Positions 1-13,500 of a stretch of DNA of 64,000 bases are shown here, one piece after another. The notes below the pieces were generated by a model, which searched no databases, was not told the origin of the DNA, and saw nothing but the letters and a program-made list of their open reading frames with translations. Positions within the stretch are counted from its first letter, which is position 1, and every line of letters begins with the position of its first letter. Both the position numbers and the translations under genes were made by a program. This stretch comes from Mytilus edulis (lineage: Eukaryota): contig NC_092352.1 in NCBI RefSeq assembly GCF_963676685.1, positions 62,000,001-62,064,000 on the forward strand, given 5' to 3'.

Positions 1-1489
1 CAGGAGAACTTTGGACTTCCTCGTCAGACATGAAGTAGAAAAAAGTCAAACAGACCTTAACAGCAATTGAATTAAACGTGTAGACTGATTGAATGCAAAC
101 CGTCGAATGATTTAATTCCCGCTTAGGTATGCACGGGTGAATCCACTCGTGCAAATTACTACGCATAACGGTATTCGTTAAGCCTTATAACGAAAAGAAA
201 TTTATTAAATGTTTTGACTAGTCTGTGATATCGAAAACCCTGGTGTAATAATTTTTCAGTAATACATAAATTTCTCTCGTTAAAATCTAAAACGTTGTAA
301 AGCTTTAATTGAAAAAAAATACATCTTTTATTTTATTTCTTGTATCGTCTTACATGTCTTCTACATTTTCAGGGAAAATACTTGAAATTTGCCCAAATCT
401 GTTAACACTTGCGGTTTTTGAACTATGCTCAGGAGTTATAATTAGTGTGTTAATTTTTTTTAAATTAAGACCTTATGTTTCATAACACACATTTGGCTTT
501 GCTACCGTAAATAAAAGTAAAGAATGAACGACTTTTTTTTAAATTTGGCCTTGTGAAATATATTCAAAAGGAACATTGACCCCTATTCTTTATCTTTTGA
601 AACTGTTTTTTTGTCAAGAAAAAGATTTTGTCTCAGCTTTGTAAAATTCCATGAATTGGTTTAAAGATACAATGTATACTAATGTAGAATGAAATTTAAT
701 TATAGATTCAAATGAAATATTACAGACAACAACGAAAGGTAGGACGCTATATCTCTCCTTCGCTACTTTTTAAGCAGGGTCGACAAAAATTACATAATCT
801 TATGTATAAATGGATTTCTATGATGTTCTTTAATCAAGATAAACAATGGACTTTTTTTTATTTAGCAACAAATTACGATATAGAAGCTAAAAAGTATTCC
901 GGTAATGATTGTTGTAATTTACATTTTTATTGTAATTCCATGCCTTGTACTATTTAATTTTATGCATATATGATATCTTTGACAGTCCGTGCTACTTACT
1001 ATACCTCGCATTATTTTACTCAACAAAGAAGGTACTTATATTTAATCATGACAATTTTCCTTAGAGTTCAGTATTTTTGTGATTTTACTTTTTGCCTATT
1101 TCCACTACTAACTATATTGTATATATTTGATCAATTTTAATGTCATATCAAAACACCGTTAATAATTCCAAAAGAGATACAAATACTGTTCTACAACTAT
1201 TTCTATAACAGCACATGTACAACACGTGGAGAAAGGAATTTTTGTCATATATCGGAAACATATTTGTTTCATTATATTTAAACTGAACAAATTAAAGGGG
1301 CATTATCTTCAGTTTATAAAAATATTCAAAAAAGGATTAAATGAAATTTAATTGTTTGTTTGTGATACAAGAAAGAATGCTTTATACCTTGGCATTTTCC
1401 TTCATATTTAAACAGATGAACGATTTCATATTAAAATATATGCCAAACGGGATGATTTCAACTTCGTAATTATCAATTTCCAATTTCTC

Positions 1490-1750
1490 AGCAGCAACAA
1501 ACCCTCTTCTTAGTCGTATGGTGTTTACAGGAAACGATGCTAGTCCGTCGGAAGGGACGATCAATGGCTGACCCGTGTTAAGAGAGAGCCATATCTCTTG
1601 CACGTTAAAGACACCCTTGTAGAATTCAAAAAAGAGCAGGCTAGTGACGCTACAAGGCAGCACTCGCACCCGCAAAGTGAAAAGGGATTAATATAAGTTG
1701 CAAAACTTGTTTCCTAATCCACTATTGATAAATATGTTAAAAACTAAAAA
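1490..1750 (+). mobile_element. SINE fragment, Meta-SINE-like core and 3' tail
   Basis: Contains 'gcacgttaaagacacc', recalled as similar to the Meta-SINE core. Ends in a short 'aaaact' repeat tail. Family assignment is from memory. Confidence 0.5.
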
Positions 1751-2619
1751 CTACATATCTCAAATGATACGCTATGCTCGTGCATTGTCACACTATACTG
1801 ACTTATAATACAAGAGTAGGCGCCTTACGCAGAAACTGGTCCGACAGAGTTAGGAGGAGGAAAGATTAAAAAATGACACTCCGTAAAAGTTATGGACACC
1901 ATCCCAAATTGGTTGATCTATACGATGAGTCGGTGTCTAAACTAACTAATGATATTTCTATCACGTCTTATACTATGGTTTAAAATCTATGTCGTCTGTC
2001 TGCAAATTACTTATGTATTTAACTTTGATGTTTTTGTTATTGTTCCGGTTGGATAATATGTCTTATCGTTTTAGTATAGTCCATATAACTATAACATTGC
2101 CTTTTCATACCATCATTGTCATGAAAATTGTTTTGGACGAGTATAGTGAAAATAATTGTATAAAGTTCAAGATCGTATGTTGCTTGCGCTGGGGCGTCGC
2201 TGTTTGTGCTATCCTGAGTTGTTTGTCGTTAACGGAATATGTTCGTTGTTGTTCTGCGGTTTGCATGTTTTTCGACTATCAATTATTTGTTTGTGTCACT
2301 CTTTGAAGAATGTTCTTGCTTGTGTTTTTATTGTATTACTATCATTTAGTATTTTCATTTGAAAGATATGTGTTAACATTGTCACGAAGCAGGAGGTTTG
2401 GCTAGCCACTAAACCAGGTTCAACTCACTATTTTTTTTTAGCGAAATGTTCTGTATATTTTACATTTGAAAATGTCTGTACCAAGTCAGAAAAATGACAG
2501 TTGTTGTCCATTCGTTTGATATGTTTTATCATTTGATTTTGCCATGTGATTAGGGACTTTCCGTTTTGAATTTTCCTCGCAGTTCAGTATATTTGTTATT
2601 TTACTTTTTTGACGTTTGT

Positions 2620-2770
2620 TATTGGTGCACTTCAGTGTTCCTGTTGTTCCTTTGCTTTCCTGTTATAGTTGATGTGTTTATCTCGGTTTTAGTTTGTAGC
2701 TCGGATTTATTTTCTCCCAATAGATTTATGACTTAAGAACACCTGTTTACTAATGTTGCCTTAATTAAGC
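2620..2770. repeat. Interspersed repeat copy (also ~3615-3760 and ~30235-30390)
   Basis: Shared 'gatgtgtt..tcgg.ttagtttgta.c..ggattt..tttct....atcgatttatg..tt.gaaca..g.tt.actactg.tgcctt' in three places. Confidence 0.8.
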
Positions 2771-5296
2771 AAATAAAACTGAATATATGATATTTTTTCA
2801 TAGTTAGAATCAACGTATAGCATAACATTGCGTTTTTTATAACTCTTACATAGACGTAGTTCACTGAAAGACGATTAATATATTTTTAATTTTGTGAACT
2901 ATATAATAATAATCATTATGCTAAAATAGCATGAGACATATATTCATGCCTGTAGACTACATATTTGATCAAATAGAGGCGGAGGATACCAATGGGACAT
3001 GAAAACTAATCATTACGAAAAAACGACTAAAAAACAAACAGCAATATAGAAAAATTTAACGTGGAGAACAAAAGACTGAACAACACAAAAACAAACAAAT
3101 GGTCTTATAATTTTATAGAGTGAGAACACACATCTTTTCCCGGTATTTTGTTTGCTTCTTTCGTACGGAGGGAAAATAAAAGGCCAAATTGTAGGTTACG
3201 TGAATATGTCCATACCCCTGCAGTGTCAACCATTTCCAACTCCTAGAGTGAACGAAATCCTGAAAGCTCGGTCAAATTATGTATTGGACATCTGAAAAAC
3301 GACTCATTGAACTTTTTTGTCAGGAAAAAAGATTTAGGAATATACATGTATATATTCAGAAAATATAACAAATCTTCGAATGAAGAATATAAGTTTGAAA
3401 AACAGATTCTCGACTCGAAATTTTTTATTTATTATGATAGATACTGTAAGTAATTGTTGAACAACTAAGGTCTAATTTTTTGGGTTTTTTTTGCGTTTTC
3501 TATATCGTCTGTTAGGAAATGAATACTTCAAAGAACTAAAGAGAGCTCATTTCCTAAATTTCCGTTCTTAAAACGTAGCTTATTTCTATGTATGTTGGCT
3601 TTTGATTTTATTTTTTACACTTCAGTGTTTCTGTTGTTCCTTTCTTTTCCTCTTATAGGTGATGTGTTTCCGTCGGATTTAGTTTGTAACCTGGATTTGT
3701 TTTCTCTACATCGATTTATGGTTTTTGAACAGTGGTTTACTACTGTTGCCTTTATCTATATATAATGGGTATTGTTTAGCGATCGAAAATTCAAGTGATT
3801 ATCATTTTGCTTAATGTAACGCACGTCAACATCAACGTTATCACAAAGCAGTCGTTAGTTGCAAATTTGATTTTACACTTAACGTTAATATCGATTTAAA
3901 ATGATACGGCAGCCTTAACACGAATTTTAAATGACATGCCTAGCATGCGCATGGAGAATTGAAAGAGAACGTTCATTTTGAATAACATAAGACAAGGCAG
4001 ATAGATACGAAACTTCAAAGACGACAATTTCTTTTTATCTGAACTGAAGTAGCTGTCCTGGAAATTATATATTAAAAAAACAAAAAAAAAAAGCACAAAA
4101 AAAACTACAACAGTAAACTGCCCAGACAATATACAATGCAGTTAATGAAATCTATTAAAAATAAGTTGTAAATGAAAAACCCGCAGGGCCAACAAATTTG
4201 TCATCAACGCTTCGTTTCCTTAAATGACAATGAAGATTAAAATATAACAAAAGACAACAACTGATGGTATTTGCATAATTCCTTGATCTCTTCAGCTTCA
4301 AATTACTATCTATCAGCCTAGACATCTGAAATATAATTCTTATTGTAAGCTGTAAGACCAGGATTTTTGATATGCTGCACAGGTATTATTTATTGTTTTT
4401 GTTTTTCTATTGATCAATAAAGGGATTTGTTAGGCACCAAAATGAAAAGTTTCAACAATAAAGTAAAATAACAAAAATACAAATCTGCAAGGAAAATTCA
4501 AATTGGAGAGTCAAATGCTCAAACACATCAAACGAATAGAAAACAAATGCATGGTGTAGACATTTCCGTATGTAGAAAAGTGTGGATAAATCCTAGTTTT
4601 ATAGATAGCTAAAACTCTCACTTTTATGACAGTTGCATAAAGATATTGACAATACTGTCTGAACCAAACACACACAGACATAATAGGTAAAAATGTATAA
4701 CCCGATGAGGAGATTTGTTTTTCTTTCTCGTAGACGATATTTTACTCTTTTTTTTTATTTCAAACTTTATTTCTTGTATCTTTATTTAGACAATAAAACT
4801 GACCTTTTAGTTCAAAACTAATCATTTCCCTTTCTGCGAAGAAATTTTGCATCAAGGTGGACTACAAGTACATGCATATTTCAAGAAACTCCATAGTGGT
4901 GTGCAAATCAATGACATGGGCAATCCTGTTTATATATAATAAGTGGTGAATAAGAAAGATTGAAATTTCATCGGGACATTAGTTTTCTATGTTGTGTCAT
5001 GTGTACTATTGTTTGTCTGTTTTTCTTTTTCATTTTAAGTTATGTCGTTGTCAGTTTATTTTCGATTTCTGAGTTTGAGTGTCCCTCTGAAATCTTTCGT
5101 CCTTCTTTTCTCTCTCATAACACACCTCTTGTTGGTTTTGTACTCCTTATCACTGTATCCAAACATTTGACCTTGCCCATGCTTCAAGTTATAACAGAAC
5201 ATGTGTCATGCGCATTTGAAATTTAATCACAAAAAGTATGAAATAACCAAGGGGACAACCATAAGATTAAGAAGGACATACAATAGCATGGTAACC

Positions 5297-5582
5297 TATG
5301 TGGTATGATTGCCAATGAGACAACTCTCCATTCAAGTCTCAATTTGTAAACAGTAAACCATTAAAGGTCAAAGTACGGTCTTTATTACTCAGTCTTGGCT
5401 CGATCCGAACAGCAAGCTAGAAAAGACCCCCAAAATGACTATTGAAAAACCATTGAAAGAGGAAAACCAACGGTCTAATCTATATAAAAAACGTGACACG
5501 AGAAACACGCATAAACCACATCAACAAACGACAACATCTGAACAACAGATTCCTGACGACTATAGGACAGGTGCAAACAAAT
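5297..5582 (+). repeat. Abundant interspersed repeat, 'atgtggtatgattgccaatgagacaact' family, subfamily B
   Basis: Homologous copies at ~15600-15825 (+), ~57845-58122 (-) and ~25945-26062 (-, partial). Confidence 0.85.
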
Positions 5583-5766
5583 GGTTGTTAGTGGTTAGCA
5601 AACGGAATAATCAGTCGTGGTTTTCATATATCGTAACATTTGTTCGTCTTTACTTGCAAAATATTAGATTTTGCAAGTTTATGTGATTTTACTAAAACTT
5701 AGGTAATAGTCAATTAAATTGTTCTCTTAGCGTCGGATTTAGATTTTGATATCCCTAAACTATTAA

Positions 5767-8700
5767 TAGTGGAAGATATTAGCAAGCAAAATCGAGGGAA
5801 TTGTGCAAATGATGATACAAGCATGAAAATTACCACAAAGCATCATTATTATATACTTTTTAAGAAATAACTGCTGGCCATTAAAAAAAATTAAAACATT
5901 TTCTAAAATTGCTGTTTTCTTCAGTTTGAAAATACTGATTTTTCTGGAAAACTTTTCTGTTACTTTCGTTTACATTAGTAAAAACCAATTATCAGGTTTG
6001 GCGGCTACCTTCCTTACATCACATATTTATTAAAAACTAATATTTGGCATCTCCAGTATTGGCGCTTGCGCGAAAATGTTACAAAATTCAAAAACATTTG
6101 AACTATTTACTATATATTTAGTGTTTTTGGATTTCTAATGATATTGTGAATTGGTTTAATAACATTTTTTAAGGTTATGATACACATGTGTTTAACACTT
6201 TTGCGCATGTGCAAACTATTTATAGACATCAAGAGCGATATGTATGCACTACCAGGTAATTCTCAGGTATTCGATGAATAAGACGAAAATGTGGTGAATC
6301 CCGTAGAAACATCAATTGTAACTGCAGATCAGCCACTTTTGGAAATGCCTAAGCAAATTCACTGGGAATAACCTGATTTGTACGGAAAAGATAAGTTACG
6401 TCATGTTTGGTGGATTGCACATTGAAATGACTTGTTATAAAACTCTGGGTGATATATTACGTGATAGGGATGGACATGTGCTCTCACTGGAGCCAGTATT
6501 GCAACACCAAGAACGACAGATTCTTTTAATGTATGTTCAAATGTACCTAGGACTAGACAGGCACATCAGACAACTGCATGTATTTTGCTTGAACTGTTAA
6601 TTTCGGATTATGAAAGCTAAACCCAGAATATATAATGACTCTGTGACGTTCAATGATTTAAAAGACTGGTGTAAGAAAATAGAGTCATCTCGACCACAGT
6701 TTCATTCCTGACGTTCAATTATAGAATAAGAACTTCTTCTGATTTTGTTATCATGCTCATTTCATGAGTGGGATTTCGTACTTTACAAACAGTCCATATA
6801 AAGCATGATAGCGTATTGTTTTAAGTCTTGATCGTGTAAATTATGCTCGATCGTTACCGACCCATCTGTAAGATATGACTTCCCTTCCCGAACATCAACC
6901 ACAGGTGGCAATGGAATTTGAAAATGATAATTTCACTGTCCGTAAGACCAGCAAATTCTTTTCTTATAACACAATTGATCAGGCACAAACACAGAATAAT
7001 ACAATTGTGAAGGGCGATGTTGGTGTTGTAGGATTAACCGAAGATCCAAAATTAGACAAATGGATAGTATCTGGACCAGGATTCAGCATACTAGAAGATG
7101 AACTTGAAAGATTTTGTGGTTTGGGTCATTCTATAACAGATGAACGACCTAGTGAAGACTCTACGAAAACACAAAAAGATGTCTTTAAACAGCTTTACAG
7201 GCTTTGTAAAGTGATGAACGAGTTTAGAAATTTATTTCTAAAAGAGTCGTCAGATTTGTAAAAATGTTCCATTTAGGAAATTGTTGAACAGGTCACATAT
7301 GTAAATAAACTCCAAGATATTGGTCCAAAAAATATTTGATCTTTTGAAGCAAATGCAAAACGAAGAAGAACCTGCTTTTTATAACCAAATAAAAAAAAAC
7401 TTCCTATTTTGGTCTCAAAATGAAACTGCAAACGTCTTTGTTAAAAACAAAGCTAGATAACCTTAAAAGTGTTTGGGAAACTTTTCCAGACTTTTCATTT
7501 CTTGTCACAGTAGACAGTTTTACTTGGAATATTTCTTTATCCATAAAAACAAACTGCTCCTCCGTCTTTATCTCAGGATGTTTCTTGAAATAGTGGTATT
7601 AAATAGCTGCAAATGGGTTTACTTGAAGCATTCTGCGATTTGCTGATCCAAATTCGGACGCATTTATCGTTGGTAGGGCAGCAATCGTAAACTCCAGGTC
7701 ACATAGATATTTGATTATTATGCAAATGATGTCATCCCGCCTTACATATAATCTTGCATCGATAAGTATTCAACAGTAGACATTGAATTAGATGTTTACT
7801 AAATGAATAATTTAAATGCTGTGACAAGACAAAGGCAAGGTTTTTGTGCCAGGTTGAAAGGTGTTGGTTCTGGCAGAACACAAAGAGTTTGGAGTAGTTT
7901 TCTCTGTGAAGATGACAACGAAACGAAATTGTTCAAGTTTCCTGCTGACAAAATTGCTCTTAAGAGACTAATAAAGATGTGTATGTTACTCATGGTTCGG
8001 CATCATTATGAGAAGTGTTGTTAAATGTAATGTTAGGTAGTACTGACACAGATATAATAGTATCAAGAATGACAGCAAAACAACGTAGAACACATTGTGG
8101 ATAGATTATGAACGGAATAAAGACTTTTGATTGCTTCCTGTACGTGACATATCAAATACGTTTGGTCCATGTGTAGCTGCTCTTCCTTTCGTCCATGCAT
8201 TCAGTGGATATGACACTTTGTCGAATTGTCGTGGGAAAAGGAAGAGGTCACCTTGGCTAACAATGGAAGGTTTTCCAAATGTAAAGGACGTTTTTTTTTG
8301 TTTAAGTATGAAGCGAGGTACGATGTGAATTGTTTCCCAGGAAGCAGCGTCATTGTGATGCAATTCCGCCTAAGAGAGGTTCTTTTCTAGAGCACATCAA
8401 AAGAGAAGTAAATCAAGGGGGAGTGGTTTGGGCTCAGTCTGATTCATGTATTCGACAGGTACCAAGTCATGAACACTGGGGTTGGTTGAAAGAAATAATC
8501 AATGACAGTTGGAAACCGAGATGGGCTTTTTTGACTGCCGTTGCATCCTCGTGTCAGGAACTTTTGAAATGCGGAGGCATTGGTGACTGTAAATGCTACT
8601 GTTCTGTCTTTCCTTGTATGGGTTGTGGTATAGGCAACTACTAAATAATTATAAGATAGGCAACCTGTCTTTTCAACCAAACTAGGCATTTAAACTTAAC

Positions 8701-9253
8701 AAAAAGTGTTATCACTTCTTATAAAGTTGATGGAAATTATAAAAATATTTTCTACGTATTTGCCTCCATTTTGGAAGCAGAAGTCACTCTTTTTTATCAT
8801 TTATGTGTTGTTTTGTCGTATTTAGGAACTGTTTTTAGAGTTTTATCATAGCTTACATTGGATTATACCTATAAAACATCTTTCAAGGATTTACATCCCT
8901 TGTGAAATTGCTTGAAAGTATAAAAATTTTGGACCTTTTTACCGGCATTTTGAAACCGGAAGTCACCTAAAGTTTCATTAATGTATTGTCTAGTCGTAAT
9001 TTAGGAACTGTCATTTGCTTTTTATCAACTCTAACATTAGATTTTACCTATAACACACCTTTAAAAGGATTAGGGAATTGTTGCCAATTTGTAATGACGC
9101 CATTTCCAAAATGTGGGGTGGCCATCTTGAAAAATTGATTTTTTTTTCTGACCAGCAGCGGATTTTTTTATAAGTATCATTTAGTCAACCTTCATACCAA
9201 ATTTCATGCTTGTATCACGATTTGCACAATTATGTCCATATTATCTCCCACTA
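5767..9253 (+). mobile_element. Academ-superfamily (AcademX-type) DNA transposon, decayed and internally deleted
   Basis: Left end 'tagtggaagatatt..aattgtgcaaatgatgatacaagcatgaaa' is inverted at the right end as 'tttcatgcttgtatcacgatttgcacaatt..attatctcccacta'. TAA flanks both ends (5764-5766, 9254-9256). Transposase and XPG-like coding relics lie inside. Confidence 0.85.
6240..8644 (+). pseudogene. Academ transposase/XPG-nuclease/Cys-rich ORF, disrupted by many frameshifts and stops
   Basis: Motifs in order across frames: TADQPL..KQIHW, MFGGLHIEM, RTRQAHQ, VNYAR, NFTVRKT..IDQAQTQNN..KGD.GVVGLTE, STDTDIIV, ALPFVHAFSGYDT, IPP..LEHIKR..Q..VW, then a C-terminal CxC cluster. Confidence 0.85.
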
Positions 9254-9399
9254 TAAATCAATTTTCCAAATTTCTTGATCACGAATGCACCAGATAAGTT
9301 TATACAGACAAGCATGCTGTATAAAGTGAAATTGTAAAAAAGTAATCTTTACGATTCATGAAAATAGGTTTTTTTTCAGAATATTTGAGATCTAGAGGA

Positions 9400-9827
9400 A
9401 TCATGTGCAACTGTGTAATATGAAAGATGGTAAAATAACAGATTACATTTAGCTTCAAATAAAAATGACTGCAAAAAAGACACAGAACGATTGATGTTTA
9501 ATCGCAAAGTATTTTGTCAAGCATTTTTGGGTGGGATAGGTAAGAATCGTGTGTTCTAACTAAATTTATGCTGCTATGAAAACTATCAGCAAGCAAAGTA
9601 TTGAAGTATTTGATGTAGTAAAATCATGTGCTAATGTGTAATATGAAGGATTGTAAAATAAAAAACATATCAAACTGACTGCAAAAAAGTCACCGAAAGA
9701 AAGATTGATTTTTTATCTCAAAGTATTTTGTCAAGCATTTTTAGGGCGGATAGGTAAGAATCGTGTGTTGAAATTATTTCAATCTAGCTTGTACAAACAG
9801 GAAAGTATTGAAGTATTAGATGTAGTA
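9400..9827. repeat. Diverged tandem duplication, two units of ~205-222 bp
   Basis: 'atcatgtgc..tgtgtaatatgaa' and 'caaagtattttgtcaagcattttt..ggataggtaagaatcgtgtgtt..aagtattgaagtatt.gatgtagtaa' each occur twice. Confidence 0.9.
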
Positions 9828-11415
9828 ATAACAATTTGTTTGTCTATGATGGATACCAAATACCTCATATAATGTAATGCATATCAAAGAATTCCATGGT
9901 ATTATTAGCTAATGTTTATCAGGAAATTTGTTGGTATATTCTACTGAAATAATTATAATAATACGAATACCAGAGACAGAGAAAAAAAAAGAGAAATATA
10001 AATGTTTGGCATGTTCAGTATACCAAAGTTCAACATTTGTAGATTATCAGACTAAACTAACGCATTGCACCAATGAATTATTATGTTAAACAGAAACATT
10101 AAGACCGGCCTTTTGAACTATTAAAGTACTATTCTGCAGGTAACAAATTAAAAAAAATGATACATAAATCATATGTTTTTTTTGTAACTAAATGGGTAGT
10201 TTTTATTATAAAACTTCTGTCCTTATACTTTTTTTTCAAGAAAATTCTCCAAATTCTCCAAATTTAGAAGAAATTTTACTTTTTTTTAATTGTTTGCTTC
10301 CAGTGAACAATAATAATTCACCGATATGTTTTCCGTATGCAGTGAACTCAGAGTGCCTTTTCTCGTAAAAATCCGGTGATCGCAATAGGCATGGATCTGT
10401 CATTGAAATAAACTTTCATCTTATTGTACATGTTATACACGTTCTCAATATCCATGCTTCATTGTTGTTTGTTTACTAAGGGTGAAAATGGGAAAACTAC
10501 GGCTTCAAAACATGACAATTGATTAGCTGCCATATTCTCACATAATTTTGTAGACCGAGAGATATTTTTTTTACGATTATACGATAAAGATGCGTAAAAA
10601 CTGATAAAACTGTGCACTAAGTTTTTGGTATATACATGCATTATTTCAAGAATTGGATAAACATTATTTTACAACCAGTCACTCGTTTCATATGACTTTA
10701 ATTCCAGTTGCATTATGGTTGCAATGCAAATTTCTTATGGACGATTTTGAAGGCATATCTCGGTAACAAAGAATCAAAAACACTTCCCTATATACAGTTA
10801 TAATAATTCATAAATCGTTAGTTGTTGTCAAAACTAACACATTGAGATAAAGTTTTTTAACCTTCAATTGGTTTATGATGCAGGTACTAAGGGAAGTCAG
10901 AGTACTATTGCAGAACCTGTCACTATAAAGATTTACTTTAATTTATTATTTATAATTTTTCAATTATTGTATAGTTGATAAATAATTTAACGTTGCATGA
11001 AGTACGTAAATTCATAAATCTGACAGCTTTTATATTCACATTTATAACTAACCATCGATTTGCAACACCCATTCATTGTAGAAATGCATTTTTGAAACGT
11101 GATAAAAAAAATATTCTGAAACAACCAATCAGATAAACCGTGCATGTGAAATTAACATGATGAATAGTAGAAATAGTGAAACATACTAAACGGCTTCATC
11201 ATTACAACACACAAACTTCGACACGCAATATTTTATATTAACATAGCTGATTTTCAAATTATACCGCCGATCAAACGAAAGTTATATTAGTTTTTGTGGT
11301 GAAGTGTAAAATTACTGAAAACTGTAACTAATCATCTCCTATATGATTTTTGATCTGCAAAATTGTATCAATGATATAAATAAACGTAAGTGCGTTAGTC
11401 CTGAAGCAGAAGTAG

Positions 11416-11532
11416 TATAAGTGTGAAATACTTATTCAAATGGGACATTTTAACTGTGTTTTAAAAACAATGGATATTTACGATTCTCCTTTTTGAAGAA
11501 TTTTAAGTTGCAAAATAAAACCTAAGGTAAGA
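11416..11532 (+). promoter_or_regulatory. Candidate non-coding first exon with TATA-like box and splice donor
   Basis: TATAA at 11416; donor AAG|GTAAGA at 11526/11527 followed by T-rich sequence. Confidence 0.35.
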
Positions 11533-13372
11533 TTTTTTCTACTTTCGTTATTAGTATTTTTACATATTGAAATTGATTTTTTATATAGTCTAAAATTTCC
11601 TTGTACATTTTGTAGCTGACACTTTTTTATAAAATGTATCATGATTACTGCGCTTTATAATAATTGCGTGTTTGCCCACCCAGTTTGAGCGCTTGTATTG
11701 TTACGACAATGTTAGTATAATATAAAACTGTCATAAAAATATATTTGCATTGAAAGGGGTTCTCATACCGTTATTGATAATCACTCGACCGTAAATATAC
11801 GTCAGGAAAACAACGATTTGATAAAGATCATATCTATTTTTCAAGTGTTAGCATTTCTCGTAGGACTTCATGAATTGACTTAAAGGCAACTATGTGATCG
11901 CTGTACATTGATATATGAATTGATATACAAAACAATGTTATTAATTAATTATTTAGTGTTTATAAAGATTATGGACAATAATTGCTTTCATCTCTGTGTT
12001 GTCATTGATTTAAATGTATGCATGTAACGAGGGGGAGGGGGAGCGTATATTTTGCTGTTTCTGCACAAAGTCAGGAACCATTTCATTCCGGATCCATACC
12101 TTCATATATTTATTTAAATTATTTTTGTTTTAAAACTCATTTTTGAAACGAAAGCATTTTGTTTAAGACAACAACGTTTCCAGTTGTTCTTATACGAAAA
12201 TAATTGAAACAGGCATTTGAAAAAAAAATCAGATATATGTAGAATAAAACTAATACCTCACCGTAGTTAGAGGCTTGCGGTAGATACATGTAATTCACGA
12301 TCATTATAAGAAAGTCCAGGGCGTAAAATTGAATGTTTCAAATCATCTTTGAAGTGTAGTAAGTCAGTTAAGAATTAATTATTTTTATATTGAGTTGTGG
12401 CTATAAAAACAATTGCAGATTTAGAAGCGATATCAATCAAAGTAAAAGAGATACATTATAAAGACACCATACCTAAAATCTAAGAGTGCTTAAATTGGTA
12501 CCATGAGGAGGGCGAGAAAAAACTTTGATAGCGATTAAGATATTTTGTAGGAAACCACATCTTATTTGAACCCTTTTTGCTTTTCATATGATTAAATGTG
12601 AGGTCGTCTTTAATGTGTGTTACATTGTACATCTAACGTAACAATATTTGTCAAACTTACGTTAGAAATAGCCAGTAACCACACACATTTTAATATCTCG
12701 TTTATTTTATAATTATTGTTGAGTTCAGTAATTAAAGATTCTCGGCTAATTGGTCGTAGGTATAAAATGTTGATAAACAACACTTAATCTCCATTAAGAA
12801 AATATCTAGAATAAACAATTTGATAGATGCCTGTTTACAATGTACATGTACTTTATCACACTGCATTACAAACATTGGTTTTAATCAGGTTTTTATATAT
12901 ATTTATATATTTCGTAGAAACACTTTAAACGGTTAAATTATAGCGATATGTTGATGTGCAGTATTGGTTTTGCTCATTGTTTAAAGGCCGTACGATGACC
13001 TAGAGTTTTAAAACTTCTATGGCATGGGCTCTCTGGTAGAAAGCTGTCTCATTGGCAATATGATACCACATACGTACATCTTCTTAAGTTTCTAATTATC
13101 TTTGGATTACAATTCTACACTTACTGTTCTAGGCATTCAAAAAGGTATTCATAGATTCGACCGAGTCCTCCTTTTAAAGGTCTTTACGGAGAAAATTGGA
13201 GGTATTTTCCTTTTTTCAGTTTGTTTGCAAAGTCTAGTTATAGGACATGCAACTATCGACTAGGAACAAAAACAATTAAATTTAAGTACATATTTACAGT
13301 TAATTCGGTGACTCCGTGAATTAATTTGCATCAAAACGGAAATTCGACCTTAATCTCACTATTTACATATCA

Positions 13373-13500
13373 ATATAAAAAAGAAGATGTGGTATCATTG
13401 CCAATGAGACAACTATCCACAAAAGACCAAAATGACACAGACATTAACAACTATAGGGCACCGTACGGCCTTCAACAATGAGCAAAGCCCATACCGCAAA
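13373..13500 (+). repeat. Truncated copy of the 'atgtggtatgattgccaatgagacaact' family, subfamily A
   Basis: Near-identical to the first ~125 bp of the copy at 55847. Confidence 0.9.
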
